Positions 49,850-61,797 of a stretch of DNA of 64,000 nt are shown here, piece after piece. The stretch comes from Macrostomum lignano. Lineage: Eukaryota. The first letter of the stretch is position 1; the number at the start of each line of letters is the position of its first letter. The translations under genes were made by a program, and so were the position numbers. Location: assembly GCA_002269645.1 (NCBI GenBank), contig NIVC01000245.1, positions 372,001 through 436,000 on the forward strand, read 5' to 3'. The notes beneath the pieces were generated by a model. It was not told the origin of the DNA. It worked only from the letters and a program-made list of their open reading frames with translations, and searched no databases.

Positions 49850-52800
49850 ATGCCAGGCAGCGGTTCACCCAACGAGAGCAAGCTGCTCTGCCTGCCTCGC
49901 AGCCGTCAGTCGGCAGCGCTGTTTCTTGGAAACCAATCAATTGCCGTTCAAATTGGCGCGAGAATTTCCAAAGTAGTTTTGATCGATTCAAGCGATACAA
50001 GTCAACTGCTGATCTTCTTGTTGAGCTTTACCGATGCCAAGACTCACTCTAGCGACTGCTTGAACTTTCTGCAAACCTGGGACGACAAAGACCAGCAGCT
50101 GCAGACGGTCTTTGTTAATCGAATGTTGCCAGAGATGACAGCTGAGCTACCGAAGTTTTCTGATAAGTAAGTTTTTGGGATGATACAGAAATGGGATCTG
50201 GGATGATACAGAAATGGGATTTGGGATGATACAGAAATGGGATTCGGGAAAATACACAAATGGGATCTGGGATGATACAGAAATGGGATCTGGGATGATA
50301 CACAAATGGGATCTGGCATGATACAGAAATGGGATCTGGGATGATACACAAATGGGATCTGGGATGATACAGAAATTTGATTCGGGATGATACACAAATG
50401 GGATCTGGGTTGATACAGAAATGGGATCTGGGATGATACACAAATGGGATCTGGGATGATACAGAAATGGGATCTGGGATGATACACAAATGGGATCTGG
50501 GATGATACACAAATGGGATCTGTGATGATACATAAATGGGATCTGGGATGATACACAAATGGGATCTGGGATGATACAGAAATGGGATCTGGGATAATAC
50601 ACAAATGGGATCTGGGATGATACACAAATGGGATCTGGGATGATACAGAAATGGGATCTGGGATAATACACAAATGGGATCTGTGATGATACACAAATGG
50701 GATCTGGGATGATACAGAAATGGGATTCGGGATGATACACAAATAGGATCTGGGATGATACAGAAATGGGATTCGGGATGATACATAAATGGGATCTGGC
50801 ATGATACAGAAATGGGATCTGGGATGATACACAAATGGGATCTGGGATGATACACAAATGGGATCTGGGATGATACAGAAATGGGATCTGGGAAGATATA
50901 GAAATATGATCATAGATAATACAGAAATGGGATCTGGGATGATACAGAAATGGGATCTGGGAAGATACAGAAATGGGATCTGGGATGATACAGAAATGGG
51001 ATCTGGGAAGATATAGAAATATGATCATAGATAATACAGAAATGGGATCTGGGATGATACAGAAATGGGATCTGGGAAGATACAGAAATGGGATCTGGGA
51101 TGATACACAAATGGGATCTGGGATGATACAGAAATGGGATCTGGGAAGATATAGAAATATGATCATAGATAATACAGAAATGGGATCTGGGATGATACAG
51201 AAATGGGATCTGGGAAGATACAGAAATGGGATCTGGGATGATACACAAATGGGATCTGGGAAGATACAAAAATGGGATCTGGGATGATACATAAATGGGA
51301 TTAGGGAATATAATAAATATAGAATAATTTGCAGAATAAACATATGTATCACAGAATACGAATTTTATGCAAATTCTACACTCTTCTCTGCATAAACTTG
51401 TGCAGAAATAGAATAAGTGCATAATAGAAACTCATACCATTCGTATTGGTGTTGCAAATTACTTACACTTGCAGATATCGAGTGGTGGACTTCAAAGACC
51501 AGATCCCCAAAGCAGCAAGTCTGATAGCCGATCTGGCGGAGTTGCAAGCCTCTGAGCTGTTTTATCCGTCTGATCCCGGATTTGCCGGCAATGTCGGAGG
51601 ATCTCGGTGGACTCTGATCCACTGCGACTCGACTGCGGACTGCGTGATCAGGGTGAGACAGACGACTTGGCTCTGACTGTCACCCAGCTGCCGTTTTACT
51701 GGGTACTCTTTAGAGTACTTTTAAACTCTTCTCTTAGACTGAGTACTCTTCTCTTAGACTGAGTACTCTTCTCTTAGACTGAGTACTCTTCTTTTAGACT
51801 GAGCACTTTTCTGTTAGACTGAGCACTCTTCTGTTAGACTGGGCACTCTTCCCTGAAACTGAGCACTCTTCTCTTAGACTGAGTACTCTTCTCTTAGACT
51901 GAGCACTCTTCTGTTAGACTGGGCACTCTTCTGTTAGTCTGAGCACTCTTCTGTTAGACTGGGCACTCTTCTGTTAGTCTGAGCACTCTTCTGTTAGACT
52001 GGGCACTCTTCTGTTAGACTGGGCACTCTTCTGTTAGACTGAGCACTCTTCCCTGAAACTGAGCACTCTTTTCTTAGACTGAGTACTCTTCTCTTAGACT
52101 GAGTACTCTTCTCTTAGACTGAGCACTCTTCTCTTAGACTGAGTACTCTTCTCTTAGACTGAGTACTCTTCTCTTAGACTGAGTACTCTTCTCTTAGACT
52201 GAGCACTCTTCTGTTAGACTGAGCACTCTTCTCTTAGTCTGAGCACTCTTCTGTTAGACTGAGCACTCTTCTCTTAGACTGAGCACTCTTCTGTTAGACT
52301 GAGCACTCTTCTGTTAGACTGAGCACTCTTCTGTTAGACTGAGCACTCTTCTGTTAGACTGAGCACTCTTCCCTGAAACTGAGCACTCTTCTCTTAGACT
52401 GAGTACTCTTCCCTTAGACTGAATACTCTTCTCTTAGACTGAGCATTCTTATCTTAGACTGAGCACTTTTCTGTCAGACAGGGCACCCATCTACTGTTCT
52501 TAGCACTCGTTCATGCTAAAATTTGGCGCTACCGCTCTTTTAAGTTAGTTATCAAAATTTGAATAACTAAAAAGAATGAGCAAGTCTTTAATCTCGTCAT
52601 GCAGCGCTAAGAAAAATAAGGAAATTGAATAAACAAATTTGAAATTCCAATTCGCCAAACAGCCATCTGTCTGGCTGTGTGCTTTTTAATGGCACCCAGA
52701 ATTATTAATTAAACTTTTGTCCGGCTTTTTCAGATCAGCCCTGGCAGCGACAGTGGCCACAGCCTGCAGACTGTCGAGTCGGTGCTGAACCCTGAGCTGC

Positions 52801-53776
52801 ACTCAAAACTGTCTGCCGCAAAGGGAAGCCTTGCCGCTCAATATCTATCTACCTGTTACGAAGAGGAGAGTTTGAATTCTTGGCTGATGAAGCTGTCATG
52901 GTTGGATCAGACAGGTAAGTGCGCTACGATAAATTTTCTGTTCTCAAAAGATTTTTTACGATATATTGGCGCCACAGTCTCCCATTTGGCACCACAGTCT
53001 CCCGTATGGCGCCACAGTCTCTCATATGGCGCCACAGTCTCTCATATGGCACTAAGTCTTTCATAGGGCGCCAAATTCTCCCATTCGGCGCCACAGTCGC
53101 CCATATGGCGCCACAGGCTCCCATTTGGCGTCACAGTCTCCCATTTGGCGTCACAGTCTCCCATATGGCGCCACAGGCTCCCATTTGGCGTCACAGTCTC
53201 CCATTTGGCGTCACAGGCTCCCATTTGGCGTCACAGTCTCCCATTTGGCGTCACAGTCTCCCATTTAGCGCCACAAAAACTAATAACAGTTCTCTAATTC
53301 TCTAATTGACAATTAGAAAAATTTGCTGAACATTCTACTTTTTCTTCCCTAAAAAGTAGTATAGTAAAGATATTAGCTTAATTTACAGCATCAGTATCCA
53401 AAAAATATTTCAGAGAAGTTTCGTGAAGACTTCGCCATCATTGTGCAGCCAGCTTTGAAGGCCTTCGCTGATGTCATTCGCACGGAGCTGCAGGGTGCTG
53501 AAGACCAGACGCCCCTGCTGGCGGCTGTATTTGACAGCCTGTTTGTCTGTCAGTACTGTAGGGACTCGCTGATCACTGAGCTGAAGACAGAGGATGGGGC
53601 CCATCGCGTGAGTGCACAATGGGAGATTAAATTAATTGGGGAGAAAGTGTCAGATAGCATTTTACTAAAGTAGACCTTGTGAAGTGCAAAGATGTGTTTG
53701 TTTCGAATTTCAGGCAGTTCGCTTTGTCAGAGACATCGAATTCCTTGGCATGCTGGGCTCACTGGCAAACTGTTAA
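49850..53776 (+). CDS. uncharacterised protein (310 aa); exons 49850-50166, 51475-51652, 52734-52914, 53414-53607, 53714-53776
   Basis: Four GT-AG introns with matching phases (2,0,1,0) give a 933-nt open frame from ATG to TAA; no recognised domain. Confidence 0.75.
50175..51305. repeat. 23-bp minisatellite (ATGGGATCTGGGATGATACASAA) in intron 1 of the orphan gene
   Basis: Starts about 10 bp after the donor site. Confidence 0.97.
51725..52470. repeat. 20-bp minisatellite (GAGYACTCTTCTSTTAGACT) in intron 2 of the orphan gene
   Basis: About 37 copies. Confidence 0.97.
52965..53275. repeat. 20-bp minisatellite (CCATTTGGCGYCACAGTCTC) in intron 3 of the orphan gene
   Basis: About 15 copies. Confidence 0.93.
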
Positions 53777-54008
53777 ACTGCACGAATTTAAATTTAGCGG
53801 ACAATAATGACTACTTGCAAGCATGAGTAACAGTAGTGTCATTAGCACAAAAAAAACAATAAAACGCCATGATTTTTTTTCAGTTTTAAATAAATATCCA
53901 GCAATTGACATTCAGCATCAAAGCTGCATCAATGTTTTATAAATATCCAAAAGTCTGCTTGCATTTTTGTTTACTAATTAACTCATTACTACAATTAAAT
54001 AATTGTAA

Positions 54009-54207
54009 GCTAGTGGTTAGAGCGTAAGACTCACGACTTGAAAGGTCGTGGGCTCGATTCTCGACCCATTCGGAACAATTTGTGTCCTTGAGCAAGACAC
54101 TTAACTCTGCATTGCTTCAGTTCACCCAGCTGTAAAATGGGTGCCAGCATTAGCTGGGGTAACTGAGGGTGTGTGTGGGGACCCCCAGTCCTTGGACTGA
54201 ACAGCCG
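54009..54207 (+). mobile_element. tRNA-derived CORE-SINE
   Basis: A-box-like TAGTGGTTAGAG, B-box-like GGCTCGATTC, then GTGTCCTTGAGCAAGACACTTAAC...CTGTAAAATGGG resembling the MIR/CORE domain; second copy at 62688-62885. Confidence 0.85.
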
Positions 54208-54299
54208 TACGCAGCCTTCAGATGCGCCGCGCAATAGCTGCGGCTGAGCTGTCGGTTGCACATCTGTCCAATTAGTGTGTTGGGCTAGATGTGCAACCG

Positions 54300-54610
54300 A
54301 GGTGTGTTTGTGATGCATAAGATGTGCTTGTGATGGATAAGGTGTATTTGTGGTGTACAAGCTGTGTTTGTGGTGTACAAGATGCGTTTGAGGTGTACAA
54401 GATGTGTTTGAGGTGTACAAGATGTGTTTGTGGTGTACAAGATGTGTTTGTAGTGTACAAGATATGTTTGTTGTCTGCAAGACGTGTTTATGGTGTCACA
54501 AGATGCGTTTGAGGTGTACAAGATGCGTTTGAGGTGTACAAGATGCGTTTGAGGTGTACAAGATGTGTTTGAGGTGTACAAGATGTGTTTGTGGTGTACA
54601 AGATGTGTTT
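54300..54610. repeat. 20-bp minisatellite (GTGTACAAGATGTGTTTGWG)
   Basis: About 15 copies, starting about 90 bp after the SINE. Confidence 0.93.
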
Positions 54611-54947
54611 TTTTATTAATTCATCTATCTAAGCTTATAGAAGCATTGAAACTTAAACAGATAAAATTCTTTAGTCAATTTTAAATCGATAACTCATCGC
54701 ACTTATAGTTAGTTTAACAGCACCGAAAAGGTTAAGTGTTTCCTCGGCTTGGCACTTTCCGCCATAGACAGACTGGAAAAAAAATTGCTGCGAGACCTCC
54801 CACTTGCCGCAGCGCAAACAACAACCCAAGGTACTTCGCTAAAAACGATTTTTGACTGCTAAGGCTCCGCTTCATTGCAGCAGCAACCCTTGAGAACCAA
54901 TTGTTCCCTTTGTTTTTTAACTAACCCGATCGCAAACAAAGACCGTC

Positions 54948-57900
54948 ATGTTGGAGGCGACGTCCAGTGAAGAAAAAACGACCGGGGTAGTCGACGATGA
55001 AGAGGAGAAAAGAAAGATGCTGAGTATCTTTCGAGATGAAAGCGGCAAAAATGACGATTGGAACAAGAAGTACATTCATAGCAGCCTGTTTCTGCTGGGC
55101 TGCGGTGCTTACGGAAGCGTCTTCCAGGTGAGCAGAGAAGAAGCACAGGCGCATTACTGTAAAAACAGGCACAGTGTCACATAGACTGTAGTTTTCACCA
55201 ATTTTTAAAGCACTCACCGCTTACCTTCTTTACACAGCACACAACGTCACATAGTGTGTGTATTTGCGATGTAATGGAGCAACGAATTCACACAGTAAAC
55301 AAATCACACAGTACACAATTCACACAGTACACACATTCACACAGTACACACATTCACACAGTACACACATTCACACAGTACACACTTTCACACAGTACAC
55401 ACTTTCACACAGTACACACATTCACACAGTACACACATTCACACAGTACACACATTCACACAGTACACACATTCACACAGTACACACCTTCACACAGTAG
55501 ACAAATCACACAGTACACACGTTCACACAGTACACACATTCACACAGTACACACATTCACACAGTACACACATTCACACAGTACACACATTCACACAGTA
55601 CACACTTTCACACAGTAGACAAATCACACAGTACACACGTTCACACAGTACACACATTCACACAGTACACACATTCACACAGTACACACATTCACACAGT
55701 ACACACATTCACACAGTACACACATTCACACAGTACACACTTTCACACAGTACACACTTTCACACAGTACACACATTCACACAGTACACACATTCACACA
55801 GTACACACATTCACACAGTACACACATTCACACAGTACACACCTTCACACAGTAGACAAATCACACAGTACACACGTTCACACAGTACACACATTCACAC
55901 AGTACACACATTCACACAGTACACACATTCACACAGTACACACATTCACACAGTACACACTTTCACACAGTAGACAAATCACACAGTACACACGTTCACA
56001 CAGTACACACATTCACACAGTACACACATTCACACAGTACACACATTCACACAGTACACACATTCACACAGTACACACCTTCACACAGTACACAAATCAC
56101 ACAGTACACACCTTCACACAGTACACAAATCACACAGTACACACCTTCACACAGTACACAAATCACACAGTACACACATTCACACAGTACACAAATCACA
56201 CAGTACACACCTTCACACAGTACACAAATCACACAGTACACACATTCACACAGTACACACATTCACACAGTACACACATTCACACAGTACACACATTCAC
56301 ACAGTACACACATTCACACAGTACACAAATCACACAGTACACACCTTCACACAGTACACAAATCACACAGTACACACATTCACACAGTACACACCTTCAC
56401 ACAGTACACAAATCACACAGTACACACCTTCACACAGCACACACATTCACACAGTACACACATTCACACAGTACACACATTCACACAGTACACACATTCA
56501 CACAGTACACACCTTCACACAGCACACACATTCACACAGTACACACATTCACACAGTACACACATTCACACAGTACACACATTCACACAGTACACACCTT
56601 CACACAGCACACACATTCACACAGCACACACATTCACACAGCACACACATTCACACAGTACACACATTCACACAGCACACTGACTGTAGACGCTGAACCT
56701 ACCTCTGCATAGCTATCGCTGTTAAATTATTATCTCGATGCAGTCCCTCGTCATCGCGAAACATACCTTCGCAGGTGACAACCCGGCTGTACACGCAGAG
56801 CAAGCAGAAGATCGCCAAAGACAGGTACATCTATCATCCGGACTTCCTGGCCACAATTGCCTCGCAGAAGAGAATCAAAGTGGAACAGCAGGACAAAATG
56901 AAGGATCGCCTCAGAGACGACCGCCTGTTGGATATCGTGGCGGTTAAATACGAAATACTCGAACAGTCTCACCTGGAAGACGGCGCCACAAGGTTTTTTC
57001 TATTCTTACGTCGGGAATTCCTCATCATGGACACCATCTGGCGAAAATATCCTCGCCTGTTGGTGGGCTTTCCGATGGTCTTCGACTTCGGTTACATTGG
57101 CGACAAGCTTCAGTACGGAGTGAATCCAAAGTACAAAAACATTTTCACCTACCTGAACATGCAAGGCGAAGAGGTGAAGTTCTTCGCCGACACGCACAAC
57201 CGCAATTTGGAGGGCGTAACTAAGATCTCCTTCATGACCATGGAGCTGCTTGGCCCGTCTATTGACGATTTTCGCAACTACTTCGAGCCCTGGTACTCCG
57301 ACAACAAGTTGAAAACGTTCTTCCAGGTGCGAACGGTGTTCAGAATTGCGGACCAGTTTCTGTGCAGGCTGTACGTCCTGCACCGTTCCGGATTCGTGCA
57401 TCACGACCTGAAGCCGGACAATATTGCGGTTGGCAACGGGCGAGCTATGAACACCGTGTACCTGCTGGACTTTGGCTTCTCGAAACAGGTGCGTCAATTT
57501 TGATTAAATAATTTTTCGATTTGGCAAGAGCTGAGTTATTACTTGCTAGGGAAGAGCTTGACGCAAACAGCTCACTAGGGGAAGATTGCGTCTCAAGCAC
57601 GTTAGAAATGTTTGCCACCTAGGATCTCAATGATCCTGAAATCCAATTGACGCAGGAGGGGACGGAAGTTATGTTTAGCCAAAATCTTGGAGAAGCATAA
57701 GCATGTACGGTCGTACTTGAAACCAATCGGTTATCGGTCAAAACCAATCGGTCAAAACAAATTTCGGCACCCTTTAATGCTATAAATGGAACCCCTTCAG
57801 AATCTCCCAAAGCGCGACCATCCAATCTCAATTCTCTTTTTCCAGATAGGCAACGATTGCGCGTCGGAGTGGATGGGCTCCCGCAAGTTCATCGCGGTTG

Positions 57901-59231
57901 ACACCTTCCTCAACGAGAAGCCAAACTACGCGCAGGACATTGAGAGCTGGTTCTACATCGTCTTCACCCTACTGTACGACGCCCTGCCCTGGTCCGAGGA
58001 GTTCATCGGGCCTCTAGTCGGCGAGAATGCCGAAGAATCAGCCAAGTGGAATCTGGTGAACAACATGAAGAAGACCTGGTGGGGCGAACCGTCAGAAGCG
58101 GAGAGCCTGTACTCCATGATGGACACCATAGCCAAGATCCATTCCTACGAGGTGCCCGACATTCGAAACATTATCGACCAGTTGCACAGGAAGACGCGAG
58201 ATTTGCGCGGCACTCTGCGTCAAATGAACGACGCTCAAACAATGAACTCTGAGCTGGCTAACATCAACTCAAACGTGTCCAAAGGCTACATGTCCATCCG
58301 CAAGGTACTGCTGCAGATTTTTGATCTGCCCGGCATCTGGAAGAATCCCCACATCGGGGACAGCGAACTGCGAGCCTACATGGAGACCCGCCAGGACAAG
58401 AACTATCCAACTTACACCTGGGACCGGCAAAACTTCCGCTGGGAGTGGGACCGAAACCACGAGAGAATGCTGTCGCTCAAGCCTGGTCCGGATGCGGCAG
58501 GCATCTCAGAAACGCAGTCAATCGCTCTGGCCTTCTCAAAAGTCTCCGAGCAGCTGGGCAGACGGGAGAGTCACGACAATTCACGATCATCAGCCACTGC
58601 CGCCATGGCGGAGGCGCCGGCCCCTGTCGTGTCGGCTGTACCTAAGGATGACGCTCAGGAGCCCGTCGTGATGGATACCCCGGAGACCAACAGTAACATA
58701 AGCCCGGGGGCCAAGCACTTGAAGCATCTGTTGTCGACGCTGCACAACACGTCATTGGATCCGGGTCTTCGCCAGCGTGCCAGACAGGCGCTGATGATCG
58801 GCGCGGACTCCGGCTGGGGCAAGCGAGCCCGACCGGACGAGATCAGCTACGTGTACGACCGTCGGCGCGACTCTCTGGTGCCGAAGAACAGCGGCCGGAG
58901 GCACATCGAGCCTGGCCGAGGCAGCATGAGGCAGAGCTACGGCAGCGGCATCTTCAAGGTGTCCAATGCAGCCGGTCGCGGCGAAGTGAACTCGCTGGAG
59001 AGGATGCTGCTGAACAACAGGCACAACCAGGACGTTTCAACGCAGCTGGACACTGTATGGCGATCGGCTCTTCCCAGAGTGTTGACTAGAAAATCGTCAA
59101 AATCGGTGGCGCCGCAGTCGGCGGCAGAGGCGGCCAAGCTGTCGAAAAGCCGCGCCAGTACTCGCCGTCGCAGGCTGAGCAGCGGTGGCGTTATGAGCGC
59201 CCATCGGAAGGCATCAAAGCGACGCGATTAA
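54948..59231 (+). CDS. divergent casein kinase 1 family (CK1/TTBK-like) Ser/Thr kinase (about 759 aa); exons 54948-55127, 56775-57488, 57846-59231
   Basis: LGCGAYGSVF, VAVK, MELLGPS, HHDLKPDN, VYLLDFG, DIESWFY and LPW; two phase-0 GT-AG introns; long Ser/Arg-rich tail. Confidence 0.9.
55295..56680. repeat. 17-bp minisatellite (CACACAGTACACACATT) in kinase intron 1
   Basis: About 80 copies. Confidence 0.97.
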
Positions 59232-59914
59232 CTGGTCAAACCAGACCGAAAAGAAAACGCAGCTGACAACTGACTCGCCGAATTCAGCCGGAAATGCGCA
59301 CTCGTTTTTCGTTTTCATGTTTCCTATCAGAATTTTTTCCAAACTCATCTCAAACCGACTGCGTAAGCAACTGCTTGAAGATCTGGCTCTTCAGTTTTTG
59401 CCATTTTTTGTTAGCAAACAAAACAATGGAAGACGTGCATTTTCTTTCTTAGATGCTTAAATAGAAAATATCGAATCCGTGAACTCAAACATTTGTTGTT
59501 CTTGCTCTTAATTTAGTTTGACTACTCAGTGATTAGGATGGTTATTGTACAAACACAATAACGGGTAGAGGGGGGTGAACGCGTCCGACACTCGTGTCAC
59601 GACCCCTGGTTCGATTCGTTTCGGGCTTTTCTGCACAAAATTTGACCAGGGGGGTGATGTGCGATTCACAGTCATGAAGGCCAATCCCGATGAAAATAAT
59701 ACCTAGGCCAAGGCCAAGAAGCGTTACGGAGTCACTTGCGTCTCTCCAGAGTCGTTTCAGACGCGTTGCAGATGACACAGGTTAAATAGGAAAGAAGTGG
59801 TTCTAAGACGGCTCTAAAACGATGAGATGTCACGGTTCAAGTCGCCAAAAAGTCGTCAAAGAGACGCCCCAGAATCACTTTGAAGCGTTTTATTGTCTGC
59901 GACTCTGATACGAT

Positions 59915-60925
59915 TCTGGCGCGACTCTAGTGACTCTGGGGCGACTCTAGTGATTATGGAGCGACTCTAATTACTCTGGGGCGACTCTAGTGACTCTGGG
60001 GCGACTCTAGTGACTCTGGGGCAACTCTAGTGACTCTGAGGCGACTCTAGTGACTCTGGGGCGACTCTAGTGACTCTGGGGCGACTCTAGTGCCTCTGGG
60101 GCGACTCTAGTGACTCTGAGGCGACTCTAGTGACTCTGGGGCGACTCTAGTGACTCTGGGGTGACTCTAGTGACTCTGGGGCGACTCTAGTGACTCTGGG
60201 GTGACTCTAGTTACTCTAGGGCGACTCTAGTGACTCTAGGGCGACTCTAGTGACTCTGGGGCGACTCTAGTGACTCTGGGGTGACTCTAGTGACTCTGGG
60301 GCGACTCTAGTGACTCTGGGGTGACTCTAGTTACTCTAGGGCGACTCTAGTGACTCTAGGGCGACTCTAGTGACTCTAGGGCGACTCTAGTGACTCTAGG
60401 GCGACTCTAGTTACTCTGGGGCGACTCTAGTGACTCTGGGGCGACTCTAGTGACTCTGGGGTGACTCTAGTTACTCTGCGGCAACTCTAGTGATTATGGA
60501 GCGACTCTAGTGACTCTGGAGCGACTCTAGTGACTCTGGAGCGACTCTAGTGACTCTGGCGCAACTCTAGTGACTCTGGCGCGACTCTAGTGACTCTGGG
60601 GCAACTCTAGTGACTCTGGGGCGACTCTAGTTACTCTGGAGCGACTCTAGTGACTCTGGGGCGACTTTAGTTACTCTGGGGCGACTCTAGTGACTCTGGG
60701 GCGACTCTAGTGACTCTGGGGCGACTCTAGTGACTCTGGGGCGACTCTAGTGACTCTGGGGCGACTCTAGTGACTCTGGGGCGACTCTAATTACTCTGGG
60801 GCGACTCTAGTGACTCTGGGGCAACTCTAGTGACTCTGAGGCGACTCTAGTGACTCTGGGGCGACTCTAGTGACTCTGGGGCGACTCTAGTGACTCTGGG
60901 GCGACTCTAGTTACTCTGGGGCGAC
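59915..60925. repeat. 20-bp minisatellite (GCGACTCTAGTGACTCTGGG), built from 10-bp half units
   Basis: About 50 copies. Confidence 0.97.
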
Positions 60926-61797
60926 GGTATAACGCTTCTGGGACCGTAGAGTCGTTTTTGTGGCGTCACTGCTTGATGAAGTGGAGTCACATTTAGAATC
61001 ACGTGACGCGATTGTGATGCAACAGTTGCCTCTCAGTCGCATTTGACGCGTTTGAGTTGTTAAACAGTCACAAGAGTCGCCCCAGACGCACAAGATTCAC
61101 TAGAGAGTTTGGCGAGCTCATGTGGGTGGCAAACTGCCACACACTGCCACAAACTGTAACTGGCGAGCTCATCCGGAACAATAACTTACGATTTGCTTGA
61201 ATCGTTAGTCAACAAGCGATGATGTCTTGCATTTATATAAAAGTGTGTATTTTTGGCCAGAATTAGGTTCAAAAAAAGCATTTACGGCGTAGATGGAAGC
61301 ACAATTGAAGCAATAGAGTATGAAGTCGGAGCGTCTAAAATACATTTGGTAAAGAGATGGAAAATGTAAAAAAGTTTACAATCTTGTGTAAAACAACACT
61401 GCCTAAGTGTTTGTACATAATCGTTTCTTCATAGCCAAATTGTGAAATACACAATTATTAATGTAATAATAACAAAATATTTTATTACGAACGTATTAAA
61501 ATATAAAAGTACAAAGAGCTCAATAAAAGTACACTGAGAACGGTGACAAGGAGGTGACAAGAAAACTATTAATAATCATTTCAAAGACGATATTGATTTA
61601 CTATTTCTTGAAAAAATGATGTAGAAAAAATTTCTTATGAGTATCTAGCACTTACAGGTTAAGCAGACTTGGGCGCGGTTAGTAATCAGCGCAGACAAAT
61701 AGGCAGGTTGCGCGTCAGAAATAAATTAAAATTCACCCGCCAGAGTTGGTGGATTGCACAGAAAGACTGACTATGGCGTAGTTTGAGTCCGGTTGAA

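Noticed and set aside
50044-51422. Long minus-strand ORFs of IIPDPISVSSQIPFLYHPRSH repeats
   Set aside because: 23-bp intronic minisatellite of the plus-strand gene.
59563-59617. tRNA-like segment with B box GGTTCGATTC
   Set aside because: No cloverleaf or acceptor stem and no SINE body follows; at most a decayed SINE head.
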